DNA of 62,128 nucleotides, the filler included. It is 12 parts of 12 records of this genome, joined end to end, with 100 filler letters (N's around TTAATTAATTAA, not from the genome) between each part and the next. Parts side by side here need not be neighbours in the genome. Positions count along the whole stretch, not along the records: positions 25,244 to 37,599 come from SRR7504441_4574; positions 37,700 to 41,765 come from SRR7504441_4583; positions 41,866 to 45,162 come from SRR7504441_4589; positions 45,263 to 53,825 come from SRR7504441_4590; 8 more parts are not named here. One strand, written 5' to 3'. Numbering within the stretch: the first letter of the stretch is position 1; the number at the start of each line of letters is the position of its first letter. Below are positions 34,787 to 45,547 of the stretch, piece after piece. The notes under the pieces were generated by a model, which saw only the letters and a list, made by a program, of their open reading frames with translations, ran no database searches and was not told where the DNA came from. The position numbers and the translations under genes are program-made.

Positions 34787-35295
34787 TCACTCTGCCACCA
34801 CCGCCTCCTCAGCTGGCGCGTCCACCCAGTCGCTCTTCTCCTCATCCCAAGCCTTACCCTTTGGGGGACGTCCGCGCGGTTTGGTTGCCGAGCCGTCGGC
34901 CGGCTTCTCTGCGGCCTTCTTGGCGGGCTTCTCGCCGGCTGGCTTGGGCTTCTTGGCGGCGGGCTTCTTGGCCGGGGGCGGGGCGTCCGGGTCCTCTTCC
35001 CACATGCCTTTTTCGGTACTCCACTTCTTGCCGAGCGGGGGGCGCCCCCGGGGCTGGCCAGAGCCAGGAACGGCGGGGCCTGGGACCTTCTTCGGCTTCT
35101 TGGCCGGCTTAGGCTTGTTATCGGCGTCAGGATCCACTTCCCAGGCTCCCTTCTCCTCGTCCCACTTTTTGCCGAGCGGCGGCCTGTGCACCGGTCAGAA
35201 ACTGGGCTGCAGCCAGCCGGATAAGACAACTAGCCTAGATCCCGCGACCCGGCTGGCCTGACGTGGTCGCACCGTCCCCGCGGTTGCTTCACCAT
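34787..35295 (-). CDS. Small Lys/Pro/Ala-rich protein with three AT-hook-Trp repeats (HMGA/linker-histone-like)
   Basis: MVKQPRG|RPPLGKKW after removing intron 35184-35272. Three copies of PRGRPPxGKxWxxEKxxW. Confidence 0.8.
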
Positions 35296-35351
35296 GCTCT
35301 CAGTTGCCCGGCTGGCCGGACGTCAACGGCCTCGAGTTGCCTCGATCACGG

Positions 35352-36371
35352 ATGTCTGAGTTCAAGACGGCGGTGGCCGAGCTGGAGGCGCGGGAGGCCG
35401 AGCTGGCCGCCCTGGCCGGGCTGGACCCGGTGCCGTTGCTGGCGCGGTCCGAGGCGCTGCTGGCCGCGGGCGAGGCTGCCGGGGGACTCTGGCTCAAGTA
35501 CAAGCTGAGGGCCGGGGAGACCGATCCGGACAAGATGGTGTACGGGCCCAAGATGGTCGCCAAGGTGCTGGACGCGGTGGGCCGCCAGCAGCAGCTGCTC
35601 GAGCAGCTCGAGCCCTTGATTGAGCAGGCCAGGCTGGACGCCGCGCCCGAGCTCGAGCGGATCGAGCAGCAGCGGCGCGCGGAGGCCGCGGCAGCCGAGG
35701 CCGCGGCGGCGGAGCAGCGGGCTGCTGAGCAGGCCGCCGTGGCGCAGGAGAAGGCCAATGCGGCTGACGCGACAGCGGCGGCGGAGGCGGCGGCGGAGGC
35801 GGCGCGGCAGGAGGTGCTGGAGCGGGAGGAGAGGGAACGGGAGCGGCGGCGGGCCGAGCGGGAGGCCGAGCTGCGTCGGTGGGCGGCGCTGTCGGCGCTG
35901 CCAGGCGAGGCGGCCATCAGAGTGGGGCTGTCCGAGCTGTGGCGGCTGCACGGTGACGTTCGCGTCTTCACAGGGCTGGTACAGAAGGTCCTTCAGATCG
36001 TGAGCAACTGCGTTGGCCGACCGGACGAGGTGGCGTTCCGGAAGCTGCGGGTGCGCAACCCCAACTTCCAGGCGGATCTGGCGCAGCACGCCCGGGCGGT
36101 GGACTGCCTGGTGGCTGCAGGGTTCAGGGAGCTGAGTGAGCCTGTAGAGGACGAGCTGGAGGAGGAGAGCTTTGAGCAATTCTGGGTGCTTGAGGAGCCG
36201 GATCCGGTGAGCCGGTACGACGAGTGGCGCCAGTGGGTGGCCGGGCTCAAAAGAGTCAAGCTGGTACTTGCGGAGGTGGACGAAGCCCTGAGGCAATGTC
36301 GGTTGCAAGGCGGTGCAGCGGAGTTTGTACTGAGTGATGTGATAGGAAAGCAACCCCCGTTACTGGAATGA
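35352..36371 (+). CDS. PUB-domain protein with central coiled coil
   Basis: KVLQIVSNCVGRPDEVAFRKLRVRNPNFQ...AVDCLVAAGF is a PUB domain signature. Confidence 0.85.
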   Translation: MSEFKTAVAELEAREAELAALAGLDPVPLLARSEALLAAGEAAGGLWLKYKLRAGETDPDKMVYGPKMVAKVLDAVGRQQQLLEQLEPLIEQARLDAAPELERIEQQRRAEAAAAEAAAAEQRAAEQAAVAQEKANAADATAAAEAAAEAARQEVLEREERERERRRAEREAELRRWAALSALPGEAAIRVGLSELWRLHGDVRVFTGLVQKVLQIVSNCVGRPDEVAFRKLRVRNPNFQADLAQHARAVDCLVAAGFRELSEPVEDELEEESFEQFWVLEEPDPVSRYDEWRQWVAGLKRVKLVLAEVDEALRQCRLQGGAAEFVLSDVIGKQPPLLE

Positions 36372-36504
36372 GCATACATGCATTGTGTGCTGTGCTCCTA
36401 CTACCGTGTACCAAAGTGCAACGATCGACGAATCATGCATACCTAATTATCGATTGCTGAGTCGATAACATTGAACGAAATCTTTACTCATGCTCGGTGA
36501 GCTG

Positions 36505-37568
36505 TTAGCTAGCGAGCTCTGTGGTATAACTATCATACGCATCTTGTTTGGTCCAAGTCTCGTTTCGTTTGACCACCCGCAAAACAATTTGGACCTCTGA
36601 GATCACATTGTTCAAGTACCGCGCTTGCGACTGGAGGTGTTGGAACCAGCCATCGCCAAACTTTTCTGCGAGCAGCCCACGTCACACGGTCTCCCTGCGC
36701 CGCACCTTTAGAGTTGTCGGCGGCCCACTGGGCATCTGGCTTGAGCATCACCCGCTGCACCTAGCCACCCCATGCATGGCACTCGCATTCAACCGCACCT
36801 CGAAATCGACCTCGAGTTGCAGCGCCAGCTTGGAGTTTGACGCTTTAAACGCAGTCCAGGCCAGATTCTTCTTACGCGACAGCAGTTGGAGCGAGTCCAC
36901 CGTAACTGGCCAGGCGGCTCACGCAGCAGCGACTCGCTTGCGCACCGGCTCTCACGTGCGTCGGATCTCCGAAGAAGTCATCATGCCGGTGGTGCGGCAC
37001 AGACACGCCAACCTGCACACTCTGAGCGCCCCACTGCTCCAGCCGGCACCACGGCGTCGTGTCTGCAAACTCTGTACAGCTGCTGCCAGAACCTGAGGTA
37101 CTCGCCGGTGTCCCGCCCTAAATGCTCCAGCACGTGCGAGGCCATCACGGAGTTGACCGAGTCGTCTGGCCACGGCCACCGCGGCCCGGTCAGGCTCATC
37201 AGCAGGTCCGGCTGCACGTGCGCCGCCGCGTCCACATTCACCCAGCCCTGCCGCCCAGTCACCCATCTCCTGCGCGCAGCCGCCACCGGTCGCTGGTTGG
37301 TCCCACAGCCCAGGTTCAGCTCCAGCCCATCGCCCACCGGGTGTGCCTCCAGCTCGGCCCCATCAGGCAGCTCGGCCAGGCTTGGGGCCACCCGGCCGCC
37401 CGGCAGCGTGAACCAGAGTCGGCCAGCCTCCAGCCGCCGCTCGATGCACCGGCCGGCGGCCCCAGGCTCGAGTCTGATCTTGGTCCGCCGGTCGTTCAGC
37501 TTGACCCGCAGGCTGGCCGGCTGAGGGCAGCAGCTGCCAGCCAGGAGCAGGAGCAGGGCCCAGCGCAT
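36505..37568 (-). CDS. Signal-peptide-bearing class I SAM-dependent methyltransferase (Methyltransf_11-like), 5 short introns
   Basis: LNLGCG..|GWVNVD..WPWPDDSV..SHVLEHL..|VPHHRHDDFFGDPTHVR..LALQLEVDFE..NNVISEVQIVLRVVK. Stop TAA at 36505-36507. Confidence 0.8.
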
Positions 37569-37699
37569 CGGAGGATCCCTGTCAGCTTCCTGCAGCTGTN
37601 NNNNNNNNNNNNNNNNNNNNNNNNNNNNNNNNNNNNNNNNNNNTTAATTAATTAANNNNNNNNNNNNNNNNNNNNNNNNNNNNNNNNNNNNNNNNNNNN

Positions 37700-37788
37700 G
37701 CAAAGTAGGCCGGCGCCAGCGGGTGGGCCAGCCAGCTGCGCCACCGGCCGCAGCCAGGCTGCTCCGGCGCAGCACCATCGTCGGCCAT
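37700..37788 (-). CDS. 5' fragment of an unknown gene
   Basis: MADDGAAPEQPGCGRWRSWLAHPLAPAYF runs into the contig end. Confidence 0.35.
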
Positions 37789-38405
37789 GCTGAGCTGTCG
37801 TTTCACCCGGGGTGGTGACTGGTGAGGGGGTGACAGGAACCGTGGGATCATGGGTGAACTGGAGTGAGACCTGTTGGGTCAGCTAGCGACCGAGCTGAGT
37901 GAGCTGGGTGGAGGCTGGAGCAACAATGCAATTAAGCTTTCAGCCTCCAGCCTCCGATCACGGGACCAGACGTAAGGAGATGCGCACCGCCATCTCGAGA
38001 TGGCATGCGACGATACGACGGTTGAAACGCACTACTGCTACTCCACAAACTACTCTTCGTGAAGTAGCTGGCGAACCCTTTTGGAAATACTTTGGTTACA
38101 CATCTCCGCAGCAATGTACCAAATACTTGTATAGTGATGTCGAAGGACACTCTTACACTAAGCTTATTTGTCATATTATTACACTCAATGTCGACTGCCG
38201 GCCAGCAGTGTACTCAATGCGTACAACTAAGTGCGCAGCAGTGATTGTATTGACGTTAGATAGACTCAGTTAGTTCACGTAAAAATACACTCGCTTACAC
38301 GTACATGATTGTAGTCCGGCAGCGAGCACTTTGCCGGTGCTTTGCACGGGCAGCAGTGCTTGGCAGTAATACGTGCAAGAATCTCATCACTTGTCCCTGG
38401 CCACA

Positions 38406-39296
38406 TCACGCAAAGATCGCTCGTGGCGTCGCGGCGGAGACTGTCTCGATCTGGGATCCGCACAGCCGGGCTGCCTGCCGTCGCCTAGCGCTCTCAATCA
38501 CATCACTCACCCGCTTCCTCTCCTCGGCCGACCGCGCCGCCTGCTGATCCGTCGGGCCAGTACGCACCGGCGTGCTCGCCGGCAGACGGCTCGGCTCCGG
38601 CTCGGGCGTGCTCGGTTCGCAGCCTATCCCACGAAGTTCTCTCATCACTCTCGCCAGCTCGTCTCTTGCCTCCAGACTCCGCCGCCGGCCACCGCTCGGC
38701 GAGGCGACCGGTTCCACCACCGGCGACATTGCTACAGGCGAGCGCGACGTCCTGGCCACCCGGGCCTCGAGCTCCCGGTGGGCGGCCTGAAGCTCGGTAG
38801 TCCGTTGATTCGCCGCGTCGCGCTCGGATGCGACAGCCGCGAGCTGCTGCCGGCACTGGAGCAGCTCGCGCTGAACGAGGTCGCGCTGCTTGAGCACCTC
38901 GAGCGAGATCCGCAGGATCTGTATCTGAGCCTCGGCCGCGGCCAGCTTGCCGTTGACCATCCCAAGCTCCTTCTCGGCCAACCCGCACCGCCGCTCGCTC
39001 TCGTCTGCCCTCCGGCCCTCAGCCTCGGCAAGAGCCTCGAACTCAGACAAGCGGTCGGTCGCAAGCCGAAGCTCCTCGGCCGCGAACGCGTTGCCCCGCA
39101 GGCTGGCGGCCCGGAGCTCCTCGAGCTCGGCCGCGGCCTCCGATTCGGTCTGCCAGAGCGCCTCGGCCAGCTCGGCGGCCGCCAGCTCGGCTGCCCGGTG
39201 CTGCTGCCGGAGGCTCTTGAGCTCGGATGTCCGACGGTCCAGCAGCGTCCGGGTGGCCCGGTGCGCCCGCCGCTCGGCCTGCAGTGTGGTTGCCAT
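38406..39296 (-). CDS. Hypothetical coiled-coil protein
   Basis: MATTLQAERRAHRATRTLL..., heptad-rich, with GC3-biased codons. Confidence 0.7.
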   Translation of the reverse strand: MATTLQAERRAHRATRTLLDRRTSELKSLRQQHRAAELAAAELAEALWQTESEAAAELEELRAASLRGNAFAAEELRLATDRLSEFEALAEAEGRRADESERRCGLAEKELGMVNGKLAAAEAQIQILRISLEVLKQRDLVQRELLQCRQQLAAVASERDAANQRTTELQAAHRELEARVARTSRSPVAMSPVVEPVASPSGGRRRSLEARDELARVMRELRGIGCEPSTPEPEPSRLPASTPVRTGPTDQQAARSAEERKRVSDVIESARRRQAARLCGSQIETVSAATPRAIFA

Positions 39297-39642
39297 CGAT
39301 GCGTCTCTTCTTCGCACGAGGCGAATTCGCGCGTGAATTTTTTATCTTTTTTATGAGCGTGGGCGTGGGCTGAGAAGGCAGCGCAATGGAGAGGCCCCCA
39401 TTCCGAGGATCTCCACGGCAGTGAGCCCGGCAGCTGCTCAAGTGCCTTGAGTACCCCGCGATTCGTCTACCACGCCGGCTATCCTATTGCGCTATTGCAA
39501 CATCGCAGCATAATCGCAGCATAGCAACCGCCAGAGACCGTCCGAGGATGAACGGCTCTCAATGATCGGCTGACAACGATCGAAGGTCCATCTTGGTACC
39601 ACCACGCGTCAAGGCCCTCACTGCGAATCACATTGAGCACGC

Positions 39643-41523
39643 ATGCCCAACCCGACCGTGCTCGGGCTGCGGGTGAGCCTCGGGCTCCCCGTCCCTCTGG
39701 CGCCCACCCCGCCCCCCACCCCGACCCTCAAGCCCCGCACCACCCTGGAGTCCGAGATCCGGCTGAGGTTCGGACCATCCCGCTCGCTCCCTCAGTTCTG
39801 GGAGGAATACCCCTCGGTCTTCTGCCTGGCCGGGCTGGCCGACGCCGACCTGCACACCAAGCTTGAATTGATCCACACTCTGGTGGTCGAGCCCAACTTC
39901 AGCTTCGCCCCCGAACTGAACAGAGTGGCCCGCCGGGCCCTCCATCACAGCAAACTCCAGCGGATGGCCTCAGCGCTGGCCGCCGGCGGGGCCGTGGCCG
40001 AGCGGGTGATCTGGGGGCACGTGGCCGAGCTGCGCGATCTGATGCTTGACATCGTGGCGGTCAAGTGCCGGCCGGAGATGCTTGACACCGTCTGCGAGCT
40101 GCTCCACCCGGGTCTGATAGCCCAGATGATCAGCAAGGACGCGTACAGCCCAGAGCAGTTTGTCCGGACGATGGACGCCACCCTGGAGCTGATCGAGCAG
40201 GCCGCCCCGGTCTGTGCGATCCGGTTCGATGTGTGGTTCCGCCCGCTCCGATCGCAGCTGCTGAGTGGTTTGATGGGCACCGAGGCCGATTTACCGTACA
40301 TTGCGGTCGAGCTGCTCGAGACGCTGCAGGATGTTAAGCTCGAGCTGACTAACTGGCGGCTGGTCATCGCCCGGCCGACGCTGGTGCAGGCCGGGGCCGA
40401 CTGGGAGCAGACCCTGATTGCTAACCTGATGCACGACGGTACAGGCCCGCTCTCGAGTACGGTGCTGGCGATCCAGGGCACCGTGGCCAGGCTGCAGGCC
40501 GAGGGCCAGCTGGTCCAGCCTGGGCTGGTGCACAAGCGTCTGATGCTAGAGATCCTCACCTCAGCTGATCCTCCGCCGATACCTGAAGCCTTCTCGCTAG
40601 ACCAATCAAGGATCCGCACATGGCGGCACCGGATCGCGCTCATCACACTCAGCTGCGCGCTCTGGGCGGTTGGCCGGGCGGCGCTTGCCGCGGCCGGCGC
40701 CGCTGTGCCGAGTTCGCTGCTCACACAGCTCCGGTACGGAATCCTCGAGCCGGACAGACGGAACCCGGCTGAGCCCGAGTCGAGCATGGTGGCCCGGTTC
40801 CTGCGATGGCTGCACGCGGTGGCCGAGCAGCAGGGCAAGTGCCTCCGGAGCCGGACCGGATCCCATCTGTCGTCACAGCTGATCGCTGTGGCCAACCCGA
40901 CCGGCCGAGTCCGAGCTCTGATGATGGAGAGGATAGTCCTCTTGCTGCAGGCCCGAGAGGCGTTCGGCGGGCATCCGTTGGCCGAGGGGACGCTTGACCG
41001 GTCAACTGCCTGCTTCGGGGTGGCGCTCAATGAGCTCGGGTCGCTGCTGGACACGGCATCCTCGATGGTTGCACACCTGGAGGAGCTCTACTACCCGATG
41101 TACTTGCCTTTCGTGCACCCTACGAAACCAGTGCCCGAGCCGCGCCTCGTCGAGGAGACAATGCTGCCCACCGCCGAACTCAGTGCGCTGGTGGCGCATG
41201 CTGAGCGGCTGGCTTCGCTTGGCGACGACGAGCTGCCGGGCCACGAGCAGGAGGACGAGGAGGACGAGGAGGGATTCGCGCTGCCAATGGCCGAGCCGGT
41301 GTTCAAGCTGGCGCTGCCCGGGCTTCAATCGCTCACATATCGGCGCTCAACTGACCGGCGGGCGAGCAGCTGCGATAACCTGTTGGTGAGACAAAGCTCG
41401 GCTTGCAGTTTGAACTCGGAGGGTGGCCCACGCCGGCAGAGGACGATAGATCTGCCGCTGCTCCAGCACAGCGACGACGACATGTCGCCGGGGCCGCAGC
41501 TCAACTCGCCCGGCCGCGGATGA
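39643..41523 (+). CDS. T-complex protein 11 (TCP11/Sok1) domain protein
   Basis: LLETLQDVKLELTNWRL..RPTL..GADWE and IPEAFSLDQSRI resemble the TCP11 motifs MKLDxANxxL..RP.L...xxYE and PETxxLDxxRL. Confidence 0.7.
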   Translation: MPNPTVLGLRVSLGLPVPLAPTPPPTPTLKPRTTLESEIRLRFGPSRSLPQFWEEYPSVFCLAGLADADLHTKLELIHTLVVEPNFSFAPELNRVARRALHHSKLQRMASALAAGGAVAERVIWGHVAELRDLMLDIVAVKCRPEMLDTVCELLHPGLIAQMISKDAYSPEQFVRTMDATLELIEQAAPVCAIRFDVWFRPLRSQLLSGLMGTEADLPYIAVELLETLQDVKLELTNWRLVIARPTLVQAGADWEQTLIANLMHDGTGPLSSTVLAIQGTVARLQAEGQLVQPGLVHKRLMLEILTSADPPPIPEAFSLDQSRIRTWRHRIALITLSCALWAVGRAALAAAGAAVPSSLLTQLRYGILEPDRRNPAEPESSMVARFLRWLHAVAEQQGKCLRSRTGSHLSSQLIAVANPTGRVRALMMERIVLLLQAREAFGGHPLAEGTLDRSTACFGVALNELGSLLDTASSMVAHLEELYYPMYLPFVHPTKPVPEPRLVEETMLPTAELSALVAHAERLASLGDDELPGHEQEDEEDEEGFALPMAEPVFKLALPGLQSLTYRRSTDRRASSCDNLLVRQSSACSLNSEGGPRRQRTIDLPLLQHSDDDMSPGPQLNSPGRG

Positions 41524-41865
41524 GCTTCCGCGCCGGGAGGGCTGTACATATTATGGACATGATTTTGGATTTTAGATTCTTTTATCGGCAGTCTCAGGGT
41601 GCTTGCTGTACAAGATCGGAGGCATGCCATCCCACACAGCTCAATTTGTACACTAATACATTAATTGTAGACCATGCATTCGTTAATTTGATTAAACTTA
41701 AAAACTATACTTCCACATTAATTAAAATTATTTAAACCGTAAACAAGAAGACTAACTAAGCAAAGNNNNNNNNNNNNNNNNNNNNNNNNNNNNNNNNNNN
41801 NNNNNNNNNTTAATTAATTAANNNNNNNNNNNNNNNNNNNNNNNNNNNNNNNNNNNNNNNNNNNN

Positions 41866-44800
41866 CCACGACCGCCCAGGCCGCCCCAGCCCGGCTGGCC
41901 GCCGACTGGCTCCGGCCCTGGCGCGCCTGCCCGATCGGCACCCAGCCACGCAGGATTCCCATCACGTTTATCAAGGTTGGCTGGCTCATCGCGCTGGCCG
42001 TGCTGATGAGCCCCGCACTAGCCTCGCCTGAGCCGGCACTTAGCAGCCACCGTGATCCCGCTCCGACCGCCTTGGCTGGGCTGGGCGCCAAGGAGGCGGC
42101 GGCGCCCGACGGATATGCCGCTGGACACCGGCGCTTGCAGGACTCAACTGATACGACGACGCGACGCAGGAGGAGGCGGAGGAGGAGGAGATGTGTGAAT
42201 ACCGATTATTTGTACGGGGCAAAGAACAGGGACGGAGATGGCTGTGACAGTTACACCGATTACACCGATTACTGCGGTGCCTGGGACACCGATGCCTTTA
42301 AAGCTAGTGTGATGTGCTGTGTCTGCGGTGGGGGCGGGGATGATTTCTGTGTGGACACCGCCAATTTGGCAACCGACTCCCAAAGAGGTGGCTGTCAAAC
42401 ATACACCGAGCGCCACTGGTGTGGCGATTATGACGATGGAGATTTCAAAGCTAATGAGATGTGCTGTTTCTGTGGTGGCGGAAGAGACCCAAACAGCCCA
42501 ACGGCTGCGCCAACCACGAGAGCGCAGCCAGAGTGTCCATGCTCCGGAAGGTCTGACTGCTGGTCTTTATCAGATCTGTACACAGCAACTGGTAAGCAAG
42601 CTTATGAGGCTGTCGGCTGGTAACTTGACGATGCTGGCAGGTGGTGCGCGGTGGGGCCCAGAGTACAATCACAACTGGTGCAACGGGGGCGACCCTTGCG
42701 GTGATACCTGGGCCGATGACCAGTCCTGGGCCGGGGTGGGATGCGGAGAAGGCTTTCGGTTTGGAGTGGCAATTCTTAAGTTGGAGTTATTCCAGGCCTC
42801 GCTGTCCGGGAGCATGCCCAGCACGATCGGCAGCATGGTTGACCTGACTCGCCTGGACCTGTCCCAAACCCTATTGTCCGGAAGCCTGCCGAGCGAATTA
42901 GGAAGCTTGACCGAGCTGAATACGCTGGACTTGTCCCGGACTTTGTTGTCCGGGAGCTTGCCGCGCACACTCGGCAGCACGACTGGCCTATTTGACGAGT
43001 TTAAGTTACAGGAGTTGGACGTGTCCCAGACCTCGTTATCTGGCACCCTGCCAGCTTCGATCGGCACGGCTTCCATGCTGCATTGGCTGGCTCGATTGGA
43101 CTTGTCCCAGACCTTATTATCCGGTAGCTTGCCGAGCACAATTGCGAGCACCCACAGACTGCGGGGGTTGTCATTGTACAAGACTTCGCTGTCGGGTAGC
43201 CTGCCTCACAGCATCGCAAGCCTGACTGAGCTGCGGGGGCTGAATTTGGACCAGACCTCGCTGTCGGGGAACTTGCCGAGTAGCATTGCAAGCATGGCTC
43301 GCCTGGGGAACTTGGCTCTGTACCAGACCTTACTGTCCGGTACCTTGCCTCGTACCATTGGGAGCATGGCTGGGTTGAACCAGTTGGCACTGCACCAGAC
43401 CTCACTGTCGGGCAGCCTGCCTCAAACAATTGGCAGCATGGTTGGACTGGAGCGGTTGGTACTGTACCAGACCTCGCTGTCGGGCAGTCTGCCTCACACA
43501 ATCGGAAGCATGAAAAGGCTGTTCGCCTTATACTTGTCCCAGACCTCACTGTCCGGGAGCCTGCCTGACAGCATTGGGAGCTTAGCTAGACTGCGGAATC
43601 TGCAGCTATCCCAGACAAGAATCTCCGGAAGCTTGCCAAGCGCAATTGGCAGATTGAATCCTCGCTACTTGGACTTGTCCCAGACCTCACTATCTGGCAG
43701 CTTGCCCGATGAAATGAGCAGCATGGTTGGACTGAGGCGCCTTTCATTGTCGGCGTGCCTCCTAACTGGTACACTTCCTCGGGAGATTGGCAATTTGGAC
43801 CGGCTACGGGGGCTGTACTTAAGCCAGAACTCGCTGTCTGGGAGCTTGCCCGATAGCATTGGCGAGATGTCTGTGCTGAAGGGCCTGTCTTTGTCGTCAT
43901 GCCTTGTATCTGGTACACTTCCTCGGTCGCTTGGTAGCATGACCAGGCTCAAAGACTTGAATTTGGCCGACAATGCACTCCGCGGCTCTTTGCCCAAAGC
44001 GCTCGGCAGCTTAAGCCAACTGAGACTTCTCATGTTGCATCAGAATCAACTAAGCGGCTCCAGCTCGCCTTCCTTCGCAAACTGGTCAAGGCTGGCGTTT
44101 TTCTCGCTTTCACACAATCGGGGGCTCGACTTTGACCTTGGGCTCCTCCGCAATCAGACCAGGCTCCGGACGGCGCTGCTCGAGGTAAGACCGTTTTGAG
44201 CTGTACGCCGCTCTATGTTATTTGAATGCTGAGGCGGCTGAACTGAGCGTCGTTGATTGTTCAGGACTGCAGCATTCGAGGTACACTACCGCACTTGGAC
44301 AAACTACAGCTACCCAGCCTGGTTACGCTCCTGCTGACAGACAACAGCATATCGGGTACAATATCCGAAGGCTTTGCACAAGGCATGCCTGGCCTCGAGA
44401 CTCTGGCCTTGTCCTACAACTATCGGCTCAGCGGCACCTTGCCCCGATCCCTTGGGAATATGCTCGCACTGAAGACGCTGCTTGCTGGTGGTCTAAGGTT
44501 GGTTGTATTCGCGCTTTTCCTGCTTAGCACGCTAGGCCACTCTGACAGCTGGCGCTGCAGGTTGTCGGGTTCGATTCCAGCAAGCTGGGGCACCAATGGC
44601 GGCAGACAGCATGAAGGCGATGCCACCTGCGTGGATCTCCTCAGTCCGGATGGCCTTCCCTGGCGCGACTCTCAGCGACCGATGGAAGGCGAGCGCAAAG
44701 TTGTTATCTTCCCACCTGATGGTCATAGGGTTATCTCTCTACCAGTGGACTCTGACCGTTGCAGGGAGAGTCAGGGGTCGCCCTCTGGGGGCTGGCTTGG

Positions 44801-45162
44801 ATGCGGATGTGACTGGTATAACCAAAGTAGCAACCTTTGGTATTGGGCTGATCCCACCGCCGGCGACCGGGTCCTGATTCAAATGCCAGATCGCTATTCT
44901 CGATGCAACGCCTCAAGCCTGGATGTAAGTAACCTCAAGTCTGGATCCCTCGATGAAAAGCTGGACCCGCCATATTTCAGCTCTGCTTCTGACTATCCCA
45001 GCGGAGGCTACACAGCCAGAATGGCTTGCTGTGCGTGTGGCGGTGGGCTCACATCGTCATGGAGGCTGGAGACTCTCTCACTCGCGCGCAATTACCTCAG
45101 AGGCCGAACTGATGCACTACATGCCGCCGTCAACCTGAAGACGCTGCTGCTGAGCTCCAACT
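41866..45162 (+). CDS. LRR receptor-like protein with CCxCGGG Cys-rich modules (truncated at both ends)
   Basis: Hydrophobic signal-like stretch, two Cys modules, LRRNT (LSDLYTATG|GARW, intron 42592-42640), more than 20 plant-type 24-aa LRRs (LxxLxLxQTSLSGSLPxxIGxM), and further introns near 44184-44265 and ~44490-44560. Confidence 0.9.
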
Positions 45163-45547
45163 NNNNNNNNNNNNNNNNNNNNNNNNNNNNNNNNNNNNNN
45201 NNNNNNTTAATTAATTAANNNNNNNNNNNNNNNNNNNNNNNNNNNNNNNNNNNNNNNNNNNNATCCCATCGTCTTACAGCTTGACGCGGCGCACCAGCCT
45301 GATCCGGAGGAACGGACAAAGAGCTCACAACAGACGCATGAGACAATTTGGGGGGTACCGAATGCCAACACGAGGACGATAACGCCAATGATCTGTGGTT
45401 TTGAGGTTACAAGTACTAGTGAGTAGTAAGTGAGTAGGGGAGCAAAATAAATCTCACGAGGTATCAGCGCGGCTCGTAGAATCTTCAGAACCATTTGATA
45501 TTTGGGTTTTAATTAGGTGTTCTTAATAGTATAATTAATCGTATGTT

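Noticed and set aside
35346-36353. Long antisense and alternate-frame ORFs over GC-rich genes (also 39945-41054, 51825-53321, 48455-49558)
   Set aside because: Shadow ORFs caused by high GC and codon bias. Unlike 45964-46653, they carry no domain motifs.
37899-38273. 124-aa plus-strand ORF in AT-richer sequence
   Set aside because: No recognisable motif and no GC3 bias; it could be UTR or intergenic sequence. Not supportable as a gene.
42780-44060. 72-bp periodic nucleotide repeats resembling a CRISPR-like array
   Set aside because: They are the coding repeats of 24-aa LRRs, with codon-position variation and no unique spacers.
45263-45433. Possible 3' end of a gene at the contig start
   Set aside because: Two frames are open, neither is recognisable, and the stretch is too short to call.
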